From: an uncultured virus (IMG/VR IMGVR_UViG_3300037840_000255) | Lineage: Duplodnaviria; Heunggongvirae; Uroviricota; Caudoviricetes | Length of the DNA stretch: 64,000 nt | Strand: one strand, 5' to 3' | Virus record (IMG/VR): IMGVR_UViG_3300037840_000255 | Part shown: in pieces, positions 28,114 to 36,441 of the stretch | Layout of the letters: the number at the start of each line of letters is the position of its first letter | Numbering within the stretch: position 1 is the stretch's first letter | The notes under the pieces: model-generated | Told to the model about the DNA's origin: nothing | Database searches by the model: none | The model's input: the letters and a program-made list of their open reading frames with translations, nothing else | Translations under genes and position numbers: made by a program

Positions 28114-28380
28114 TCAATACTCCAAGCGGCGGATTTCTCCGGTGAACGGGTTGAACATCACGCGAGAGCGCGACGCCAAGGATTGCGCCGCGGCTTCCAT
28201 TCGACTCATCTCAGTATCGCTGATGCGGCCATGATCGCGCTGAGCCTGCGCCAGCCACAGGTGGAACTGCGCCATCGAGGGATCGATTGCCGCATGCGTG
28301 TTCGGCTCGCGGTTCTCAAGAGGCAAGAGTCTGCCGAGATGCACCTTTATGCTCCCTGATGGCCTCGATGACTTCAACAA
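28114..28380 (-). CDS. hypothetical protein
   Basis: fills the gap in operon orientation; start uncertain. Confidence 0.45.
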   Translation of the reverse strand: MLKSSRPSGSIKVHLGRLLPLENREPNTHAAIDPSMAQFHLWLAQAQRDHGRISDTEMSRMEAAAQSLASRSRVMFNPFTGEIRRLEY

Positions 28381-29320
28381 TCACAGGCCCCCAATCCCCC
28401 GGCCTGTTCTGCCGGAACAATCGAGCGGTCGGATACCACAGCGTAAACTGGCTGCGCTGCCCCCATCGCCAATCGCAATCGACACCCAGCATGACGAAGG
28501 TCGGCTTCCCCATGACACCGGCGACGTGCGCGGCCAGCGTGTCGACCGTCACGACAAGATCAAGATTGTCTATCAGCGCCGCCATATCAGCCACGTCGTC
28601 GAAGCCAGCCTCCTCGCGCGACAGGCTGATGAAATCGAATTCCTTGGCAAGCGGTGCCAAGTCTATCTGGCCAATCGACCGTACATCATCGCGCACGTTG
28701 TTCTTATTGCCGTGCCAGCAAAGCCCGATCTTGATGCCGTTGGTTCGCTTCGCCCAATCTGCCGCAAGCAATGGCAACGGCTTAATGTAGGCTTGACCGG
28801 GAATGTTCTGCGCCGTCACGCCGAACAGAAGTGGCAGGCTCATCAGCGAGCACTGAAAGTCAAACGATGGTTTACGATCACCATAGGCGAACACGTCGGC
28901 GTCAGGATTATTGAACTGACAGAGACGGACCACGGGGTGCTGCAATTCGATCTGTAAATTCCGACAACGTTTCCTCACTTCCGGCACGAAGCGAAGCATC
29001 ATGACGCTGTCGCCCAACCCCTCGTCGGCCCACAGCAGAACATTGTGGATGGTGCGTCGACCGTCCCACATCGGGCGATCCTGGTAGCGCGAGCCGTACT
29101 TGCCGGCATTGATTCTCTGATGCCGTAGCTCAAACAATGGCAGGCCCGTCCTGTAGTCGCCGTGCGACAGCGCGATGATGCCCTTGAGGAATAGAGCACC
29201 AGTCAGCGTCGGCTCCATGGCCAGCGCGGAGTTGAGACAGTTCATCGCCTCTTGGTCGCGCTGCTCCGCGTGCAGGTTGTAGGCCCGCATCGACAGGGAC
29301 ATCGGCATGTCGGCTTGCAT
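28316..29320 (-). CDS. TPR + GT9-like glycosyltransferase
   Basis: TPR helices; EGLGDSVMMLRF, LMSLP, IGLCWHG, DLVVTVDTLAAHVAG, DWRW, WYPTARLFRQ. Confidence 0.88.
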   Translation of the reverse strand: MQADMPMSLSMRAYNLHAEQRDQEAMNCLNSALAMEPTLTGALFLKGIIALSHGDYRTGLPLFELRHQRINAGKYGSRYQDRPMWDGRRTIHNVLLWADEGLGDSVMMLRFVPEVRKRCRNLQIELQHPVVRLCQFNNPDADVFAYGDRKPSFDFQCSLMSLPLLFGVTAQNIPGQAYIKPLPLLAADWAKRTNGIKIGLCWHGNKNNVRDDVRSIGQIDLAPLAKEFDFISLSREEAGFDDVADMAALIDNLDLVVTVDTLAAHVAGVMGKPTFVMLGVDCDWRWGQRSQFTLWYPTARLFRQNRPGDWGPVIVEVIEAIREHKGASRQTLAS

Positions 29321-29326
29321 CGTTTG

Positions 29327-29791
29327 TCAGTTCAATTGCAGGAGTGACGTCCCAACTCCGTTGGAAGGCTGCACCAGCGTGAACGTCCCAGCAGTAACGG
29401 TCTCAGTACCACCAAACGAGCCGACGTACACGGCCTTGTTAGATGCGCTGGTGTTGTAGATGATGCATCCAGAAGTGCTGAATGTAGCCGGCGTCCAGCT
29501 CGGATTGACGCTCCACTGCCAGTAGGCGCCGGTGCCCGACGTCAGCGGCGTTATGTTCTGAGCCGCAGTCCAGGCAAAGCCCCCGGTCGTGTAGCCGGTG
29601 GCATTCGGCAACTCGTCGGAGTTGCCGGTCAAATTGCTGTAGTTGGTGGTCGCGGCGCCATAGGTTCCGGTCGGCGTGGCGATGCCAAGTGCGCAACTGA
29701 AGACGTGTCCCGTGGTGGCCGTAAAATTATGGATCGCCTGGGGCAGTTCCCCCTTGAACGAGGTGGGAAATGCGGTGGTGAAGCCAGCCAT
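29327..29791 (-). CDS. head decoration/fibre protein
   Basis: TSFKGEL..HNF..GYTTGG..SW..ATF..GCIIYN..AV..FGG..TAGTFT family motif. Confidence 0.7.
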   Translation of the reverse strand: MAGFTTAFPTSFKGELPQAIHNFTATTGHVFSCALGIATPTGTYGAATTNYSNLTGNSDELPNATGYTTGGFAWTAAQNITPLTSGTGAYWQWSVNPSWTPATFSTSGCIIYNTSASNKAVYVGSFGGTETVTAGTFTLVQPSNGVGTSLLQLN

Positions 29792-29809
29792 CTTGTTCTT
29801 CCTTCTTTG

Positions 29810-30121
29810 TTATCTGAGCTGGGCGTGCTGTCTCTCTATGTCGAGCGACGTGGCGAAGTCTCTCGCGATGATCTCGTTGATGCGTCGTCGCGCGACATCG
29901 TCCGCAGCCGACATGGCAAATAGGGTGCGGATCATTTGCTGGATCGCGCCGTGAGCATGGACCAGCTCGCGACGAAGCTTCTCCACCTTGGCCGGATTGT
30001 CCTGAGGCGACGCGAGCTGATACAGCGTCATGTCCGCCAGGGTCTCCGGCGTGTGGGCGCCGCGATCCGTCTTGAATATCCTGAATGGTTCCGGCGACGA
30101 TGCGGTTCTGACGCTGTCCAT
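29810..30121 (-). CDS. hypothetical protein
   Basis: 103 aa in operon orientation. Confidence 0.6.
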   Translation of the reverse strand: MDSVRTASSPEPFRIFKTDRGAHTPETLADMTLYQLASPQDNPAKVEKLRRELVHAHGAIQQMIRTLFAMSAADDVARRRINEIIARDFATSLDIERQHAQLR

Positions 30122-30122
30122 A

Positions 30123-30419
30123 TCAGGCCGCCCTGCCCTTGCCGCCGCCGAGCTGGTCGGGGACGTCGTCGAGCGCCGGGCGCGGCGCCTTGACGCTGGA
30201 CGCCGGCTTGACGTTGGTGATCTCCAGGTCTCCGGTTCGCTTCATCAGCATGTCGGCCATGTGCTTGGCTAGGACGACATTCTCCTTGATCTGGCCTGGG
30301 TCGAGCCAGATGCGCTCGGAATTCGCGAGGCCGTCGAACACGCTGCGCGGATGAGTCAGCGGGTTCTTGATGGTGCAGGTGACGGTCTCGAAGGTAACGT
30401 TGTGCATTCTCTCGTTCAC
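30123..30419 (-). CDS. small protein after the capsid gene; stand-alone copy of the domain fused to the GT-like genes
   Basis: TIKNPLTHPRSVFDGLANSERIWLDPGQIKENVVL; GGAG RBS. Confidence 0.7.
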   Translation of the reverse strand: MNERMHNVTFETVTCTIKNPLTHPRSVFDGLANSERIWLDPGQIKENVVLAKHMADMLMKRTGDLEITNVKPASSVKAPRPALDDVPDQLGGGKGRAA

Positions 30420-30440
30420 GAAACTTCTCCGTTGATGTGA

Positions 30441-30500
30441 GGAAAAAGGGGCCGCGAGTAATCGGTATGATTAACCGAGTTTCGGGCCTCGCGGCCCTTC
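30441..30500 (-). terminator. intrinsic terminator after the major capsid gene
   Basis: GGGCCGCGAG/CTCGCGGCCC stem followed by a T-run on the minus strand. Confidence 0.7.
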
Positions 30501-30518
30501 GAGTTGCGTCGTTGGGTA

Positions 30519-31466
30519 CTACGTACCGTCGACGTAGGAAAACGCCAGCGGGCGCCGGACTTCGACGCTGCCGACGCGGAAGATGCCGGGGATGTCGAAG
30601 GTGATCGGCCCGGTCTGCCACACCGGCAGGAACCGATGCACCATCGGGACGTGAAGCTTCACCACCCGAGGGTCCTTTCGATAGGCCACCATGCGCGACG
30701 AGCCGCCGTGGCCGCCGGTGTCCAAGTTCAGCACGCCGCGAATCGTCAGGGGGTTGCCCGTGATGTTCGTGTAGGTGTTGTACTTGGCGAGATAGTCGAG
30801 CGCGTTCCCGTATGTATTGGGCACGCGGGTGTTGCTGAGCAGTTGCATGTTGGCGACGCTCATCAGCACCGTGTCGGCCATCTCCACCGTGTTGCTACCG
30901 ACGTACACGTTCGTCAGCGCCCCATTGACGTCGCGAATCATCTGGTCCGCGGTCTTGTTGGCCCACAACGGGGAGTTCCCGGTGCCATCGGGAATGGCGT
31001 CGGTCACCGGCACGTTAGTGTTGTTGAACAGGCCGGTGAAGCCCTTCGAGGCCGAGCCGAAGCGCACGAGGCGATCCATGAACTGCTCGTAGGCGAAGCG
31101 TGCCGACTCGGCGCGCTCGGCCGTCAGATTCAGTCCCGGGACCATCATGGCCTGGCCGAGTTCCTCCAGGGTGTAGCGATAGCCGATGCTGGCCATCTCG
31201 ACGCCCTGCTCGTACTTCTGGCGGTTGACGTCGGCAAAGCGCATGTCGGTCGCCATGCCGTCGAACCAGTCCGCCTGGCCGACCTTGTCGAGCGAGAAGT
31301 AGGTAACGCTCTTGGCCCACTCGTTGGCCGCGGTGTCGATGGGGCAGATCTGAGGGTAGATGATTTCCGGGTATTGAATCCGGTACACCTCCGCCTCGAT
31401 GTAGGTCGTCTGCTCGATCAGGAACCCCAGCGCCTGTTGCGGAGCGTCGTAAATATTGAGACGCAT
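30519..31466 (-). CDS. major capsid protein (DUF2184-like)
   Basis: TYIEAEVY, GYRYTLEEL, GFTGLFN, RMVAYRKDP, VEVRRP; AAAGGAG RBS. Confidence 0.92.
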   Translation of the reverse strand: MRLNIYDAPQQALGFLIEQTTYIEAEVYRIQYPEIIYPQICPIDTAANEWAKSVTYFSLDKVGQADWFDGMATDMRFADVNRQKYEQGVEMASIGYRYTLEELGQAMMVPGLNLTAERAESARFAYEQFMDRLVRFGSASKGFTGLFNNTNVPVTDAIPDGTGNSPLWANKTADQMIRDVNGALTNVYVGSNTVEMADTVLMSVANMQLLSNTRVPNTYGNALDYLAKYNTYTNITGNPLTIRGVLNLDTGGHGGSSRMVAYRKDPRVVKLHVPMVHRFLPVWQTGPITFDIPGIFRVGSVEVRRPLAFSYVDGT

Positions 31467-31509
31467 CTTATTGTTCTCCTTTTTCTTGTTTCGTTGGTGC
31501 GTCTGGGGA

Positions 31510-32037
31510 TTAGTAGGTCGCGACGCCGGTCAAGCGGCAAACCGCCAGACTGCCGACCTCGACGGTGAGTCGAGAGTCGTCGCTCGGCACGCTAGTCATC
31601 CACCGCGCGCCCAGGACGTGGACCGCATTGGAGATGCCGGAGGCGCCGAGTTGGCCGGTGACGGAGTTGAAGTACACGTCGCCGCCCGCGGCCACGTTGT
31701 CGCCGACGGTGACCCAGATGTCGCCGCGCACCAGCACGGCCATGTTGTCGCCCTCGTTGTAGAGGTCGGTGAAGCCGGGGACGACGTTCGGCAGCGTCGG
31801 ATCGGCACAGGTGATGCCGACGAACACGCCGCCGGAGAGCTGACCGATGCAAGCGCCGCGGTCGGTCATCAGAGACTGGCTGACGGCCAAACCGAAGCCG
31901 ATGCCGTTCGCAGACGAGGTGATATCCTCGGCGATGCGAGTGTCGATGTCCCAACCAGTCGCACTCGCGATCATGCCGTTTTGACCGACATTGATGTACT
32001 GAGTGTACGTGGTTTGGACAGGAGGAGGCGTAAGCAT
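31510..32037 (-). CDS. capsid cement/decoration protein
   Basis: VQTTY..GMIA..IGFGLAV..FVGIT..VLVRGDIWV; directly before the capsid gene. Confidence 0.85.
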   Translation of the reverse strand: MLTPPPVQTTYTQYINVGQNGMIASATGWDIDTRIAEDITSSANGIGFGLAVSQSLMTDRGACIGQLSGGVFVGITCADPTLPNVVPGFTDLYNEGDNMAVLVRGDIWVTVGDNVAAGGDVYFNSVTGQLGASGISNAVHVLGARWMTSVPSDDSRLTVEVGSLAVCRLTGVATY

Positions 32038-32085
32038 GTTAGAAACTCCTTCTTGTTGTTATTGGGCGAGTGACGCCTAAGAGAA

Positions 32086-34008
32086 TTAGGACGTCTGCCG
32101 CTGCGGAGGCTTCCAGGCGTTCTGGAGAGTCTTGAGGTGGTCGCTGAACGCCGCGTCGCGGACGTCCTCGGCCCCTACGCGGGTGCCGGGGCGGCTCAGG
32201 GCGTCGCCGAGGGCGCGCACGCCGGTGCCGTCCTTGGCGCCGATGGCGTCGAACAGCGGCGTGACGTAGTCGTCCGACTTGTCCTTGACGAACGAGTCGC
32301 CGTAGTGCTTGGCGACCGCGGCGCGCCGAATGTCGGCGATCTGCTTGCCGTCGAACACGAACGACTTGCCGAGGACCTTAACGGCGGAGTCCATCACCGC
32401 GAGGCGATCCTTGACCAGCTTGTCGAGGATTTCCGGCGTGGTCAGCGCCTTGGCGTCGGCGAGCTGCTTGGTCAGGGCGGCGATCTGGCCGTCCTTGGCG
32501 TCGATGGCCGCCTTGTGGTCCTTCTCGTGGCGCGTCTTCTCCTCGTCGGCCTCCTCCTTGTCCGCGGCGGCCTTGTCGAGCTTGCCCTTGAGGTCGGCGG
32601 CCATGCTGTGCAGGCCACTGACGTGCTTCTCGATCACGTTGGCGGTGAGGTTGTCGGCGACCTCCAACCGGGCGCCGTCGATGACTACGATTGCGGACAT
32701 TTTTTGTTCTCCTTTGCTGTCCGTTGTCGACTTGACCCAGTCGTCGGGTAGCGACTTCACCGCACCCAGCGCCTTGGCGCGCTTGATGATGTGAGCCTTA
32801 GTCGCGGCCGGATTCTTGGCCCGACCGATTGCCTGGATTGCGTTGTGAAGGTCCTCAGTGTTGCGGATCGGATAGCCGCCACCAGGCATCGCCTGGCCCT
32901 TCTTGGCCGCCTCCTTGCGTTCCTCCGCGGTGAAGTCCTTGTCGTAGAGCGGCGTGTCAAAGTTGCCGTCGCCGACGTCGAGCCCCTCGACCATCAGGTC
33001 GTATTTTTCCCTGCCGTCCTCGTCGCCGTAGTTCTCCAGCAAATACGCCTTGAGATCGGCGGCGGCGTTCTTCTTGTCCATCTTCGACTTGTGGGGACTC
33101 GTGATGACCTTCAGGTGACGCTCGGCCTCCGGGTCAATCTCGCGCTCCGGGTCGTCATCGCCGATCTTCAGAGTCTCGCCGCCGCGAGCCGCCGGCACCA
33201 TGGCCAGGTGGTTGCCCTTGATGGCGGTCTGGATGGCGTCGTAGTGCTCGCCGTCCTTGGTGATGCCCTTGCGCCACTTCAGGTCGGTGGAGTAGCCGAC
33301 GCTCAGTTCCTTGACGCCGTGCTTCTCGTAGGCCTCGATGGCCGCGGCGTCCATGATCACCATGGGCACCCTGATGGCGTCGCCATCCCTGAGCACCTCG
33401 TCGCCGGTGTGGCCGACCGCATAGTGCTTCCAGTTCCCGGCGTTCACGGTCTCCGGCGGATGGGTCAGCGTCACCGGCCGATGCGTCATGCTCCTGATGG
33501 CGTCCTTGTGGAACACCTCGCTCGGCGGGCGATAGACACGCACATCGCCGAGGTCGGGGCGACCCAGTTCCTTGCCCTTGTAGAGCTGGACGCCGACGCG
33601 GGCGACGCGCGGGCTGCACGTCAAGTAGCCGTCGGCGGTCTTGCGAACGCCGTCCATCAGGACGGTGTCGTACATGGTGAGGTGATCGACGGTCATGCTA
33701 TCCTCTATGGGCTGGGCGCAATGGGGACAGACCGAGACGCCGACGGGAATATCCATGCCGCAGCTCGGGCACGGGTCCTCGCCCTGCTCGCCGCCGTCAT
33801 ATTCCGCGTCCTTGGCCACCCAGGTGCCGCTGTCGTTCTTGTGGTACTTGTTCTTGACCGCGGCCCAGGCCACCTTAAAACCTGCCTCCTCCTTGGCCTT
33901 TGGGTTCGACTTGCTGAACCCAGTAAAGGCTCCGCGCCAAATAGATTGCGCCTTGCCAGGGAGGGACTTGATCGTGGCCGGTAGATCGGCGTTGCTCGCA
34001 TACGGCAT
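32086..34008 (-). CDS. ChaB + Zn ribbon + DUF2213 prohead protease + scaffold fusion
   Basis: MPY..LP..LP..AQ.IW..AWAAVK (ChaB); CPSC..CPHC; ARVGVQLY, YRPPSEVF, VTLTHP, ELSVGY, NHLAMVPAARGG; coiled-coil tail. Confidence 0.9.
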   Translation of the reverse strand: MPYASNADLPATIKSLPGKAQSIWRGAFTGFSKSNPKAKEEAGFKVAWAAVKNKYHKNDSGTWVAKDAEYDGGEQGEDPCPSCGMDIPVGVSVCPHCAQPIEDSMTVDHLTMYDTVLMDGVRKTADGYLTCSPRVARVGVQLYKGKELGRPDLGDVRVYRPPSEVFHKDAIRSMTHRPVTLTHPPETVNAGNWKHYAVGHTGDEVLRDGDAIRVPMVIMDAAAIEAYEKHGVKELSVGYSTDLKWRKGITKDGEHYDAIQTAIKGNHLAMVPAARGGETLKIGDDDPEREIDPEAERHLKVITSPHKSKMDKKNAAADLKAYLLENYGDEDGREKYDLMVEGLDVGDGNFDTPLYDKDFTAEERKEAAKKGQAMPGGGYPIRNTEDLHNAIQAIGRAKNPAATKAHIIKRAKALGAVKSLPDDWVKSTTDSKGEQKMSAIVVIDGARLEVADNLTANVIEKHVSGLHSMAADLKGKLDKAAADKEEADEEKTRHEKDHKAAIDAKDGQIAALTKQLADAKALTTPEILDKLVKDRLAVMDSAVKVLGKSFVFDGKQIADIRRAAVAKHYGDSFVKDKSDDYVTPLFDAIGAKDGTGVRALGDALSRPGTRVGAEDVRDAAFSDHLKTLQNAWKPPQRQTS

Positions 34009-34012
34009 CGGT

Positions 34013-34387
34013 TTAGCCTCCTGGTGTCGGGGCGTTGTCCTGCGCTTGCCTTTGGGCCATCTGCTTGGCCTGGAAGTTCTGAATCGCGACGTTGCGCACG
34101 TTGTTGGCGTGCTGGATCAGCCCGTGCTGCAGCGTCTTCGGGTCCGGTGAATAGGCGCCGAGGATGCCGCCGGCAGTGATGACCAGCGCGTTGAGGAAGT
34201 CGTTGACGTCGCACCCGGCGGCCAGCTTACTCATGGTGACGGCAAGGTCGCGGACCCGCGCGGCGCGCTTGACCTCGGCCTCCTTCTCGGCCGGCGTCTT
34301 GATCACCGCGCCGCCGGACATCATGTTCTTCTTGATGTCCTCCATGATCTGCGACGGCAGCACCTGGCCGTTCTTGGCTTCGTCCAT
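34013..34387 (-). CDS. hypothetical protein
   Basis: 124 aa in operon orientation. Confidence 0.65.
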   Translation of the reverse strand: MDEAKNGQVLPSQIMEDIKKNMMSGGAVIKTPAEKEAEVKRAARVRDLAVTMSKLAAGCDVNDFLNALVITAGGILGAYSPDPKTLQHGLIQHANNVRNVAIQNFQAKQMAQRQAQDNAPTPGG

Positions 34388-34401
34388 GACACTCTCTCTA
34401 G

Positions 34402-34614
34402 TTATTCCGGCACGGCGGCGATCAGCGCCGCTACCTCTTCCATGGTCTCAAGGACCTTGTAGGCCTGGCCGTCGGCCACGATGACAGTCTTCTGGCCGAT
34501 CTGCACATCGTCGCCTAAAATCTTCATGGCAGTACGGCGCGATGAAATCTTGTCGACGGTCAGGACGACGAGGCCGCCGAAGCCGTCGTGAAGGTGAATG
34601 ACTTGCTCCTTCAC
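34402..34614 (-). CDS. FlbD-like small protein
   Basis: GTGA-coupled; IHL..LTVDKI..TVIV..YKVLETMEEV. Confidence 0.5.
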   Translation of the reverse strand: MKEQVIHLHDGFGGLVVLTVDKISSRRTAMKILGDDVQIGQKTVIVADGQAYKVLETMEEVAALIAAVPE

Positions 34615-34982
34615 GTCGCCGACCGCCCGTTGGCCTTCTGATAGTCGCTCAGCGACTTGATAGCACTTTCCGGCCACGGCTCCTTCTGGTCGTCCAGCAC
34701 GGCGTCGATCATACGGTCGCGGAGCACGACCTGGATGATCTTGGTTCTCAGCATGTAAGTGCTGATGCCGCGCCGCTCGGCCTCGACTCTCAGATACCGC
34801 AGATCGTCGTCGCCCCACATTGGACTGCGTTTCTGGCGACGCGGCGGCAAGTTCAGCTCCTGCGCCCGCTTCGATACCCAAGTGGCGGAGCAGCTAAACT
34901 CTGCGCCGATGACGTCGCAAGTGTCTCCTCGCTCCCACATCTCGCGAAGCCTGTCGTCCTGGGTGACCGTCCAGGCGCTCAT
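34611..34982 (-). CDS. GcrA-like HTH protein
   Basis: WTVTQDDRLREMWERG..IG..VSKRAQELNLPPR. Confidence 0.6.
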   Translation of the reverse strand: MSAWTVTQDDRLREMWERGDTCDVIGAEFSCSATWVSKRAQELNLPPRRQKRSPMWGDDDLRYLRVEAERRGISTYMLRTKIIQVVLRDRMIDAVLDDQKEPWPESAIKSLSDYQKANGRSAT

Positions 34983-35590
34983 TTAATGACGATCCCGAAG
35001 CCTCGGACGGAGCCGGGGGAGATGATCTGCCTGGACGGACAGTCGCACATCGACCCGATGCAATAGGCTTCATGCCGTACCATATCGTCAGGAGGCCACT
35101 TGGCTATCTCACGCCAAAACCTACCGACCTCGTTCAGTCTGCCGTCGGACATGTAGCCATCCGGCGCCGCGACGTCGTGGAGCGCAATGATGGGGGCCAT
35201 GTGGCTGTAAGCGGCCCAATCGGCCTCGACGCCGGCGTAGGTGTGGTTGGCGTCGATCAGGACCAGGTCGTAGGGCGCCCACGAGCCGACAAAATCTCTG
35301 ATGTTGGGATTTTGCGAATTGCCCGGTTGCAACATTGCCTTGATGCCCTCATCGTTCAGTTCCTTGATGGTCCCCACCAAACTTTTCTTGGAGCCAGCAT
35401 TCTCGTGCAGGTCAACGGCGACGCCGAAGCCGCCGGGGCCAATGGCCATCATCACCGCGTAGAACGAGTCGCCGTTGCGACTGCCGATTTCCAGGTAGCG
35501 CTTGACCTTGCGCTCGACGACGAAGTCGAGAAACCGCGTCAGCTCGTCGGGGTCCTGGTCGCCGGGCCAGGGGCGGGTCTTATAGGTCAT
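34979..35590 (-). CDS. class I SAM-dependent methyltransferase (Methyltransf_24-like)
   Basis: YLEIGSRNGDS, AVD, GNS, YDLVLIDANHTY, IALHD. Confidence 0.88.
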   Translation of the reverse strand: MTYKTRPWPGDQDPDELTRFLDFVVERKVKRYLEIGSRNGDSFYAVMMAIGPGGFGVAVDLHENAGSKKSLVGTIKELNDEGIKAMLQPGNSQNPNIRDFVGSWAPYDLVLIDANHTYAGVEADWAAYSHMAPIIALHDVAAPDGYMSDGRLNEVGRFWREIAKWPPDDMVRHEAYCIGSMCDCPSRQIISPGSVRGFGIVIK

Positions 35591-35640
35591 TCCGTTATCA
35601 CCGATGTGGCTATTTTGCGTACTATACGGTACAATTTTGA

Positions 35641-36441
35641 ATGTCCTTTACCTTTAAGTGCAGTGCCTGCGGCAGCCTCTTTAACCGACATTCAAAAACC
35701 ATTCCACCCGGTTGCTCTAACAAACGATATTGCTCACGCGAGTGCGCCAATCTTGGTAAAAGAAAATGCTTCAAAATACCCTGTTCAATTTGCGGCACCA
35801 TATTCCAACCCACGGCCCTGGGCCGGACCATTTGCTCGCGTATTTGTTACGATCAAAACAAAGCTAACCCTGTTACCAAAATATGTATCGGCTGCAAAAA
35901 GACATTTGTAATTAACAAAGGGTCCACGGCTCATCGGTATCGTTTTTGCTCAATGCAATGTAAACGAGATCACATGGAGCATGTTGAAAAAAGATGTGCG
36001 AAATGCGGAAAACCATTCATACATAATTCAAGCGATATAAAACGTGGATTAAATCGCGCGCACTGCTCTAGACGATGTTACCTTGGCTCATCGGCTGAAA
36101 CATCAATTGAAAAAGCCATCCGTCTTTCGCTCAAACGATTAGGCATTAGTTTTATTCAAGAATTCCGGGTTAAACGATTTAACATTGATTTTGCAATTGG
36201 CAATATTGCATTAGAAGCTGACGGTGATTACTGGCACAGTCTAAAACGGGTACGACAACGAGACAAACGACGCGATAAAGTGTTAACCAAACTTGGATGG
36301 AAAGTTATTAGATTATCTGAAACTACCATAAACAAAACACCTAATCTTGATGCGCTTATCGAAAACATCATTCAATCTTCCCGCACAGAGGCAAAACGTA
36401 AATCCATCGCAGGCACAAAACTGCATAAGCAATTCGGATGA
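35641..36441 (+). CDS. Zn-finger repeat + DUF559/Vsr-like endonuclease (homing-type)
   Basis: four CxxC...CSxxC repeats; TSIE..QE..IDF..LEADGDYWH..RDKRRD..GWKVIRL; strongly AT-rich; opposite strand to its neighbours. Confidence 0.85.
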   Translation: MSFTFKCSACGSLFNRHSKTIPPGCSNKRYCSRECANLGKRKCFKIPCSICGTIFQPTALGRTICSRICYDQNKANPVTKICIGCKKTFVINKGSTAHRYRFCSMQCKRDHMEHVEKRCAKCGKPFIHNSSDIKRGLNRAHCSRRCYLGSSAETSIEKAIRLSLKRLGISFIQEFRVKRFNIDFAIGNIALEADGDYWHSLKRVRQRDKRRDKVLTKLGWKVIRLSETTINKTPNLDALIENIIQSSRTEAKRKSIAGTKLHKQFG

